Shown here one piece after another: positions 10,001 to 18,033 of a stretch of DNA of 64,000 nt (position 1 is the stretch's first letter; the number at the start of each line of letters is the position of its first letter). The stretch lies in the NCBI GenBank assembly GCA_026936335.1, contig JAPMXV010000051.1, forward strand, positions 186,001-250,000, in the 5' to 3' direction. Below the pieces are notes generated by a model that saw only the letters and a program-made list of their open reading frames with translations, had not been told where the DNA came from and made no database searches. Origin of the DNA: Mantamonas sphyraenae STR306. Its lineage: Eukaryota > Protista > CRuMs. A program made the position numbers and the translations under genes.

Positions 10001-12310
10001 GTGAAGGCGGAGGAAATGGCACGCGTAAACAAGCTGCTGCGGCTGGATGAGCCCAAGGAGCGGGAGCGAGCTGGAGACGCACGCCTCAGCCGCGCCAGCA
10101 AGCAAAAGGCTAAAGCAGCGCTGTCGAGTCGTGATCAAGAGCTTGTACCGAACGTATCAACGCTGCAACTCGCCTTCCAGGCGGCCCGGAGCAACACAGA
10201 AGCAGCGACTGAGCTCGGCCCAAAGCCGACCCTCTCCCTATTCATGTGCGAAACCCTGGTCAAGTTCACTGCAGCAGAAGTCAAGGCAAAGGTGACAGCG
10301 TCTTCTGTGCCCATCCGCTTTGGCAAGTGTGTGGCTGAGGCGCTGAAGCTGCTGGGCGGCGATTCGCAAAACCCTGAGGCAGTGACTGCAGCGCGAGACC
10401 TCGCTGTGTGTGCAATCGCCAGGTTGCACTACTGGACGGTGAACGGGGTGCTGAAGACGCTGTCTAACCACGAGGTGAGCGACACGACGAATTGGAAGGT
10501 GCTGGACTGGAAGAGGAAAAAGACTCTCAATTCCAAGGAGTGGAGGGATCACGTGGTGAGTATGTACACCAAGCGACACGGAGAACGCGGTGTCACAATG
10601 CTGCAGCGCTTGGGTGAGATTCTGGAGAACGACGGGGTGAACAGCTTTTTCGACACGGACACGACCACGGAGGAAGAGGACGATGGGGAGGAGCAGGCGG
10701 AGGACACTGTGGACCACACTGTCGTTCAACATCTGCAGAGCTCTGGTGTACAGTTCAACAGCGACGACAAACAACTCGTTCTCACCCCAACCCATTTCAA
10801 TCCGGGCGGTGGGTTGAGCGCGTTGTTGCCAACGGGCTCAGTGAAGTCAGAAGCAGATGCACTGGCGCATTGGGACGTGGTCAAGACGTCTCCCTTCCTG
10901 TATAAGGAGGAGTACCTGTCCGTAGCCGAGTACGACGCGAGCTGGCACCGAAGGGTTCATGGGCTTCCAGTCGACAAGCACTCGGGGCTCACAGCGCCAG
11001 CACTCGCAGCCTTGCCGATGCTGCTCTTCATGGCTCCCCTGGTGAGCCGCATGAGCCGACAGATTCTCGACGCATGGTGCGGTGGATGGAGCGTATCGCC
11101 GGAAGGGAGGCTTCGCGTGGTTCTCTACAAAGCCGCGAACGCAACAGCAAAGACCAACGACCTGCAGGAGATCCTCCAGCCCACTGATGGGTTCAGGAGG
11201 GCGATCGACAATGCACGTGGGAACCTGAGCAAAGCACACGACGTGCACACCCAGCGGCAACTTGCCAAAGACTTTGTGCGCGTGCTGGTGACGGCCAAGC
11301 GGGCTGGGCTGGGCAAACAGGTCGTGCAGGCGTTTGGATTCGACCTGGGGTTCGATTGGCTTGCCCGTGTGCCTGGGCGTGGCCGTACGGGAAGGAAACA
11401 CCAACGGGACTTTTCGGGTATCCAGGGCAACCCGTCGCTTGTCAAGGACACGGTGTTCCTCGTGGACGACATTGGGAGACGGAAAGACACATACTGTGTG
11501 TTTGTGTGGGATGGGAACGAGCTGCTGCAACACAAGATCGGCAACCCTTCGCACTCGGACCTGCGCGCAAAGGCGCACTTGCATCGGCTGGCACGGTTGG
11601 ACAAGCACAAAGACAAGCACAAGTGGAGGGCCGAGCATGAACACAGCAGAAAGGTACTACGACAAGAGGCTCAGCGCCTGGTGAGCATCACGCGGCAGGT
11701 CGCAAAGGCCTACGGAAAATCGCACTGTGTGCTGCTCGCGCAGAGCAAATTCTATGGCGGGCTATCACTGTCAAACAGGGTCAACACACTGATTGCAGAG
11801 GAGATGCCTTGGGTGGATGTGGCTGAGTGGCACACGTCCAGCGTGTGCATTTGCGGGCGGGCACTCACACGCACGGTGGAGCACACTGTGTCCAAGTGGG
11901 ATCGCCAGTTGGCCTGTCTGCACTGTGGAGGGTCCCAAAACCACCACAACGCCCGCACGGCTCTGTTTGCGTACATTCAGGACAAGATTGGGCTGCCGAT
12001 AATCTCGGATCGCGATGTGCGGGGATGCCAGGGAATCGTGTGGCGGATGATGTGCTTGTGGGCAACGGGGAAGGAGCCAGAGGCATTCAGCCCCAGGTGC
12101 AAGAAAGCACAGAAGAAGAAATGCGCAGAGGAGGAGCTGAAGACGTGCCTGCAGCGCGTGTTTGGAGATGCAGAGCCTAAAACGGAGGTGATCGAGGTTA
12201 CGTTGCAAGAGCAAGACAAGCAGTCGGAAGAGATGGCCCAACCTACGAGGAGAAGTGCAAGGATTGCTGGGAAGCGACGAGCGGGTGTACAGGGAGGGGG
12301 GAAGGAGTGA
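7055..12310 (+). CDS. Giant Fanzor/TnpB-like RuvC RNA-guided endonuclease (1751 aa from TTG 7055; 1687 aa from first ATG 7247)
   Basis: C-terminal RuvC-I VFLVDDIGRR (~11465), shifted RuvC-II E in VDVAEWHTSSVCICG (11825), second Zn pair CLHCG, RuvC-III ISDRDVRGCQGI (12008-12016), tail GKEPEAF; intronless. Confidence 0.85.
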   Translation: MSHVRSGGGRDERRETTDQQQANTLDRYLGIHRKELVGANWHTSELSKNRFTSRPCQPPRTQLCMTMDGIADDEVLEVAKSMPSVVNAEYDNEHRLVVTLLKPPPPLHMSPKLDLLRRLGLSDGTPAENGLSDKETDDAEEQLPKDTLTRVDELDQEELAQLLVFSGKKKGPKGPKRLKLVQDSLDELALDEWQAYWNGLHETVREDLERATQRQSEELKNMEEGHAQTQLSSSSVESLKLALTVYFRVVETVENEQAQRDASASSSSSSSSSSSSGGGRGRNRRNAKGKGKKKKDDTRSEKERVVDDLYELVSDGKATLEGMVSLLATIGNNGTRKKLQPCKEVFGLQHVQHTGWDMTNREAKTLVVDLHLVTSVFVKSPSSTTTLNSSHKGIRQLLCLVRSAKYEQICFVSSKPTLDAALRGECPPGDQIAATRSLSRLCALQSLGESANSRQKRAAAVAGSSDVNEAQAVWLIRNAIPSDVTEVTMDEAVEEECLDVVSNNLKLPSVMYVLGFEGRLAWFSPQPIREFAQCADLEGAAEEEDTAEEEDTAEEENTGKEEDTADEENTAEEENTAEEEGKQGGDAHDGDPLHGKHVVQQLHKHGTAAKLALQQAVRHVQAFNDVAQQGGDVGARLEVIESEFEQLLETAIEKADDAEGSTTTTGSLHEYTLDGVVLERNAVGALVCGMHTGMVGLPFTKHQRTVIVETLTSQSPKDCLSLRFVKKKLVAVKGNVAVLGAAGATPCSDRMRTYTPAGVVQEALGTDTMDWALLNRLCTYARASTGNVNLLAEPVLVEHTIQLPHTPAFHKRHEVELKDGKRGSATVNLHSVLPRDDEFLDADLQEAFRVLSSSTQAQGGPQLSKEEAKVIGDMVKRLQSERPGSAEGDGGSRTDDAEIDARDELQPQRSKVASSSVANTMEQDTTLDTTQLGLLKYLLQMMRWKELAEVTKSLGSVSSQWAPAHECTAATQLCAVSRLANDVKAEEMARVNKLLRLDEPKERERAGDARLSRASKQKAKAALSSRDQELVPNVSTLQLAFQAARSNTEAATELGPKPTLSLFMCETLVKFTAAEVKAKVTASSVPIRFGKCVAEALKLLGGDSQNPEAVTAARDLAVCAIARLHYWTVNGVLKTLSNHEVSDTTNWKVLDWKRKKTLNSKEWRDHVVSMYTKRHGERGVTMLQRLGEILENDGVNSFFDTDTTTEEEDDGEEQAEDTVDHTVVQHLQSSGVQFNSDDKQLVLTPTHFNPGGGLSALLPTGSVKSEADALAHWDVVKTSPFLYKEEYLSVAEYDASWHRRVHGLPVDKHSGLTAPALAALPMLLFMAPLVSRMSRQILDAWCGGWSVSPEGRLRVVLYKAANATAKTNDLQEILQPTDGFRRAIDNARGNLSKAHDVHTQRQLAKDFVRVLVTAKRAGLGKQVVQAFGFDLGFDWLARVPGRGRTGRKHQRDFSGIQGNPSLVKDTVFLVDDIGRRKDTYCVFVWDGNELLQHKIGNPSHSDLRAKAHLHRLARLDKHKDKHKWRAEHEHSRKVLRQEAQRLVSITRQVAKAYGKSHCVLLAQSKFYGGLSLSNRVNTLIAEEMPWVDVAEWHTSSVCICGRALTRTVEHTVSKWDRQLACLHCGGSQNHHNARTALFAYIQDKIGLPIISDRDVRGCQGIVWRMMCLWATGKEPEAFSPRCKKAQKKKCAEEELKTCLQRVFGDAEPKTEVIEVTLQEQDKQSEEMAQPTRRSARIAGKRRAGVQGGGKE
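8675..8794 (+). repeat. In-frame 18-bp tandem repeat (AEEE[D/N]T, ~6.5 copies) inside the Fanzor-like ORF
   Basis: gctgaagaggaggacaca-type units encoding AEEEDT AEEEDT AEEENT GKEEDT ADEENT AEEENT AEEE. Confidence 0.9.
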
Positions 12311-12324
12311 GAATTTTGATTTCG

Positions 12325-12482
12325 CAGCCGGCGTGAGCAGACTTGCAGAGCACAAAACACATACACAAGAGGGGTCCTGCGGGTTAGTATCACCAACCCC
12401 GCAGGCATTGTCGCCGTGTTTCACCGCCAGGCGCACCTTTAAGTTGTAGGTGTCGTGCTCTGCCCGTGTGCACAGCCGGCTG
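12325..12482 (+). ncRNA. Candidate omegaRNA scaffold of the Fanzor-like element
   Basis: Nested stems: 12325-12335 with 12471-12482; GCAGAGCAC 12345-12353 with GTGCTCTGC 12455-12463; hairpin 12376-12405; hairpin 12433-12453; begins 15 nt after the stop codon and ends at the right TIR. Confidence 0.7.
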
Positions 12483-12546
12483 ACGCCAACAATGAAAAAA
12501 AGGGGTTTGTTTGGTTCAGTCGCCGCGCGGCCCATCCAGACGTTCA

Positions 12547-15500
12547 TCAAATGTACTCCAGTTGTGTCAACAGGTAGATGTGGTCGGATGGGTAGCGGTT
12601 GTCCGGCAGGGCTCCGTTTGCACTGACGTCTGCCTCGCTGGGCAAGGCAAGGACGCCACGGACGCGCAGCTGCTCGGTAATCATGATGTAGTCGATGGTG
12701 CCATTCCAGAACTCGGTGTAGTTGGTAAAGGCAGGTTCGGAGCCTGCAGCCACCTTGTACGCCGAGCGGAAGGTCAGGGGGCAGTTGATGTTGCCCAGGG
12801 CTTGGTACAGCTCCATGTCCGGGTGGGAGGAAAGCACCTGGCCTCGTGTGAGATATTCGTACACAGAGCTGTCCGGGAGGGAGTTGAGGTCGCCACAGAG
12901 GATGACGGGCACCTCGTCGATGCTGCTGATCTCGAGGGATTCCATGAGAAAGTGCTCGAGGGTGCGCAGGGCATAGTGTGCCTGCAGCAGCTTGACGTCT
13001 GCATAGTGCGGGTCCCAGAACAGGTGGATCGACAACACACACACGTACCGGTCGGAGAGCAGGTCGCGCAGAATCACGCCCACGGCCACGTTGTGCCGCA
13101 TGTACTCCTGCTCCTCACGTCCCAGGTACTCGCGTGCGTACATCTTCGTCACCTTGTCCATCTTCATGTAGTAGCGGTCGATGAATTCGAAACGATCGCG
13201 CCTGTAAAAGACGGCGCATCCGTCGTACTTCCACGGCCGGTTGCGTTTGAAAAACTCGCTGCCGTACGCAACCCCAAACAGGTTGATAAAGTCTGCGTAG
13301 TGGTCCACCTCCTGCAGGCAAAAGATGTGTGGGTTGTGTCCTCGCACGTCCTCTGCAATCAGCTGGAAGCGACGACGCCACAACAGGTCATCCGTATCCA
13401 CATACTCAAACTTTTCCGACGTTGCGTACGCCTCTGCCAACACGTTGTACGACATCACACGCAGGGAAAAGCGACGTGTGTCGTTGGTGGTGGTGGTGGT
13501 TGCTTCCGTGTCTGTGGTGGTGGTTGTGGTGGTTGCACCCTGTTCCACGGTGTCACTGTCAACCGCAGCAGTGGTGATGCTACCACCAGCACCAGCACCC
13601 GCACCACGGCTGGATTCTCCATCGTTGTTGTTCATGTTGTCATTGTTGTTGTTGTTGTTGTTGTTGTCGTTGATGTTCGAGTCAGCAGTGTTGACGGAAG
13701 GTGTGACTGCGTGGTTGCCATCGAACCATGCTGTGTCTGTGCCCTCCTGCCACACACGCTTCTCCTTCTCCATTTGGATTTTGTCGAGACTGGCCATGCT
13801 GCGTAGGTCGATGGGTGTGCGTCCTCGGTTGTCGGTGAGGGTGTCCTGTGCTCCGCCTGCTGTTTCCAGCATCCACGCCACCTCGGCGTGCCTGTGCCAT
13901 CGTGCACTGTGCAGCGGCGTCCATCCTCGCTTGTTGCGTGCGTTGACATCCGCACCGTTCATGAGCAGAATGGCCACCACGCCCACGTGGCCGCCCACGC
14001 ACGCGCTGTGCAACGGAGTGCCTCCTGCCACGCCGCGCATGTTGACATTGCCACCAAAGCGCAGAAAGGTGGCCACCACGCGGTCATGCCCTGCGTACGC
14101 TGCCTGGTGCAATGCACTGTACCCTGTGCGGTGTTGCTCGGCCGTGCTGATCAGCAACTCGATGCCGCACTCCTCCAGCAGGGCCACCACTTCGTCCACG
14201 TCGTTGTTGCTCGCTGCATACGCCAACGCCATCGTTTTGTCCTCCTCCCACTCTGACGTGCCTGCCTCCGAGCCCACCTCCGACATGGCGTCCCCCACAT
14301 CCAGCAACACCGACCCGTGCCGGCTGCCACGCCGTCCGTTGCGGTTCCACTTGTAGCCGCGCCAAAAGTCGTCGTACAACGACGCATCCTCACCGGGTCC
14401 ATCGTCGCTGCCCACACTGTCGCCACTCTCGGCCGTTTCAATCAGAGCCAGTGCGTTTTCGCTCACGCTGCGCGACATGCTGCTGTCCCCTGTGGAACCC
14501 ACACCGCCACCCAGGCCTGTGCCTGCGCCTGTGCCTGTACCTGTGCCAAGGCCGCCCAAGGACCCACTGCCACCAAAGATGCCACTGCCACCGCCCATGG
14601 CCGCACTGATTCCCTGTACGCGTCCTCCGGTGCTGCTTCGGCTGCTCCACGACGACGGCATGCTCGTCACACTCGACACACTCCTGCTGGACGACGATCC
14701 GCCACGGTGTGGACGTGTGCCCACCACGAGACTGCTGAGACTGTTGCCTGCGTCACTGAGGCTGCTGCTGCCTCCGCCGCTTGTGTGTTTCGTTGTCGTC
14801 ATCGTCGTTGTCATCGTCGTCGAGCCTGTTGCTGCCAGTCCCGCCGTCGTGCCGCCGCTGCTGTTGCCCATCATGGAAGGCAGGTTGCCCAGCGTGTGTT
14901 GCATGTCCGACCACGACGGCGACGATTCGGTGGACATGGATGAACGTCGACTGCCTCCGCTGGCAGTGCTCCAGTTGCTCCTGCTGCTTGCGTTGCTTGC
15001 GTTGCTCCACGACCTCACCTTGTCCTGTTGCTGCTGCTGCTGCTGCTGCTGTCCCACACTCGCTGCTTCACCGCCTCCCGCTCCTCCGCTGCTGCTGCCA
15101 TCGCCTTCCTGTAGCTTCTTCCACTTGGGTTCCAAAGCCATCGGCACCCCCACCCCACTTCCACCACTCCCGCTTTCCACAGGCGCTCCTGCAGACGTGC
15201 GTCCCCCTCCTCCTGCAGCCACCACAGGCGGCGTGGTTGTCTTGTTCGTTGTGCTGTTGCGTCCTCCCATCAGCTGCTGCTGCTGCTGCTGTTCCTCCTG
15301 CTGCTGCTGCTGCTGCATCATCATCATGGAAAAGTGGTGCTCCTCGTCGTCGTCGTCCTGTCCACCACGCATCGAGCGTGCGGCTGCAGCCTGTTGCTGC
15401 TGTTGGCTCTTGCGTGCCGTTTGCGTCTTGTTGAGTGCCTCTGCCTCAAGGAGGGCGAGATCGGAACCCGAGATGTTGCGCGGAATCAGATTCGCCGTCG

Positions 15501-17524
15501 TCGTCTCTGCCTGAGGGTCTGCGCCTGCCATGTAAAGCACAAACGAGGCGTCGTGGATGCCATTGTGCTTTGCCGCGTGGTCGGCGCTGTGCAACGGCGT
15601 CCATCCGTTGCGCGAGACAATCATGGGATCGCCGCCGCAGAGGAGCAGCAACGCAAGCACGCCCACACTGCCTCCCGCCGCCGCACTGTGCATGGCCGTC
15701 GTTTCAAAACGGCCCAAACGCAGGTTGGGCTGTGCGCCGTACTGCAGCAGCAGTGCAGCCACGTGTGCGTGGCCGTAGTACGCCGCCGTGTGCAGCGCAC
15801 TCTGTCCGTACCGTGAGCACGGCGCCGGTTCGTTGATGATGTCCTGCACCCCAGGCGTGTTCTTCAGCAACTGTTGCACCTTGTTCACTTCGCCCGCCCC
15901 ACTCAGGTTGTACAGCCTGTTCAAACGCTGCTGCGACTCGGCCGACCCCACCGCAAACTTCCGGTTCGTTCCTCGTCGGCTGTTGTTCGTCCCTCCGCCG
16001 CCACCATTGCTGCCATTGCCATTGCCATTGCCATTGCCATTGCCATTGCCTCCCGCGTTGCCATTACCTCCCCCGCTCCCGCCGTCCTTGCCATCCTGTG
16101 TGATTGCGTGTGTGTGCGTGTAAGTGATTTCGGATCGCCATTCCAAGTTGCAGACTCGTCGTCCGCACTGCACACCATTGCATGCATCCACCAATACCCC
16201 CCCCATCATCCTATCACCCAAGCATGGCTTGTTCCCCCCACTCGCCCTTCTGCCACTCGTCCACATACCTTGACACAGGCGACTTCCGACGTTCCGTTCA
16301 CCACGTCGAGAAGCCAGACGCAACTGCGATGGCCGCAGTTTTCGGCGGACTTGCGCGGGTCAAAGTCGCTTGCACTGGCCTCGCCTCCGCTGAGGAGAAG
16401 AATCGCAAGGACGCCGATGTGACCTGCGCCGGCGGCGCTGTTCAGGGACGTCTTGCCTCGCTTGGACGGGGCGTTGGGATCGGCCCCCGAACGAATGAGA
16501 GCCACCACCACACGCTCGGCGCCCACACTGGACGCCCCGCTCAGACAGGTGGTGTTGCGCCTGGACACAGACTCGTTGATGCGTTCCATGGCGCCCAGGC
16601 CCTCGAGGAGGTTGAGGAGCATGACCACTTCGTCGTAGTCGTTGTTGCGGCTGTGCACAGCCAAATGCGCAAGCAGCGTTTCCTCCGTCTGCTCCTCCTG
16701 CACGTCCAAACAACCGCACGGAAGGCCGTTGATCGACCCATCGTCGCTGCTGTTCCCATCGTCCTGCTGCGTCACACGCGACCCTTCCGTCGTGCTCGAC
16801 CCCATGCTGGAGAACGACTCGGTCGACCCTCTCCTGACGTGCCGCTTCCTCCACGGCGACGACTGGTTGCCCCACACCCTTCTTTCGTTCCACACGTGCG
16901 AACCCCGACTGCTCATCACTGTGTGCACCCCACTGTGTCATTCGTGTCAGCCATCGCCTCCCCACCGGAACATTTGCGAATTGTCCGCCCTCGTCTCTGC
17001 ATGTTTCCACCCTCCCATTCGCTTCCCGTTTCCCCCTCTCGCATCCTTTCCACGTCTCCACCCCCTCTCGCGCATGCAAATCCCACTCCAATTTCCTGGA
17101 ACTCACCGGGTCGGATGGTCTGGGAGGGGCTTCGGAAAGGTGGTTGCTGTGCCTCCTCCATCGCAGCGGCGGTGCAACCTTCCACCATTGCTTCTGTGAA
17201 TGTGCCGGCGATGGGGATGAGCGGGTGTGCAGCTGGCAACCTGGCTTCGCTGGCGTCCATGGAGAAAGGGTGCGTTTGCGACTCTCGCGGCACGCAAAAC
17301 GGCATGTCATTGTACTTTGAGGAGCCGTTCTTTATGCAGTCGGGCACTGCACTGGTGCCCATCCTCATCTGTGTGGGTGCTTCCGACGGCGGAAGCCTGA
17401 GTGTGGAGGATCTCAAGGAGGAAGATGTGGAATATCTCAAGGTGAGCCTCCCCACCGCGCATCGTGTGTCCACACGTGTGTCCATGGTACCCGTGTGCTC
17501 ATTGGTGGTTTCATCGGATGCCAT
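12547..17524 (-). CDS. Ankyrin-repeat + CCR4/Angel/nocturnin-type EEP nuclease/phosphatase fusion (exons 17524-17107, 16918-16269, 16095-12547)
   Basis: C-terminal RVMSYNVLA, FCLQEVD, ILCGDLNSLP, FTNY..GTIDYI, YPSDH; three short ankyrin modules separated by low-complexity linkers; GT-AG introns join the three ORFs in phase. Confidence 0.85.
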
Positions 17525-17526
17525 CC

Positions 17527-18011
17527 ATGGGAGTTTTCGGCGACGTGCCCATGGCGCCAGTGCACAGCGTCGTTTACCCGCGCTTTTGGCGCCACGCCCT
17601 GCCCGCTGACACCTCCGTCTCCTCGTGCCTCTGCGCCTGCGCCTGCACCTCCCAGAACATGCTGTGGATCTTTGTCGACAACTATCTCAACCACATGGAA
17701 GGAAACGAGCACGAGAACGCAGAGCTGCGCAAGCTGCGTACAAGCAAAGTGGATGTGATCACAGGTTGGTGCCCCGCACGTTTCGTTTCCTCACCCAACA
17801 CCACATTTGGCGCGGCCGCTCACACACTCACCCACCTCCTGCAGAGTATTTCCCGTTTGAGGTGGACAAGTCGCTCAAGGTCTTGGGCCCGGACCCCGAA
17901 TACGGCGAGCAGGACGACAACGACCAGCTTGACGCCGAGTTTGAGATCACGCCCGACATGATTGGATTCAACGTGACATTTCGCAAGCTGAAGTTGGTGG
18001 ATGAAGAATAG
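17527..18011 (+). CDS. Small hypothetical spliced protein (start uncertain)
   Basis: Coding-like exons NMLWIFVDNYLNHMEG..KVDVIT and EYFPFEVDKSLKVLGPDPEY..KLVDEE with plausible GT-AG intron ~17765-17844. Confidence 0.45.
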
Positions 18012-18033
18012 AAGAGTAGATTGGGTAGAATGG

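Larger units (their letters stand above)
6941..12482 (+). mobile_element. Putative Fanzor-carrying TIR DNA element (5542 bp), no recognisable transposase
   Basis: Left CAGCGCGCTGTGCACAC (6941-6957) vs reverse complement of right end CAGCCGGCTGTGCACAC (12466-12482), 15/17 identical; AC on both outer flanks; encloses just the RuvC ORF plus structured RNA, between two same-strand host genes. Confidence 0.65.

Noticed and set aside
7055-11400. A fused DDE, serine or tyrosine transposase in the N-terminal part of the giant ORF
   Set aside because: No catalytic motif recognisable by eye; left as unknown pending structure search
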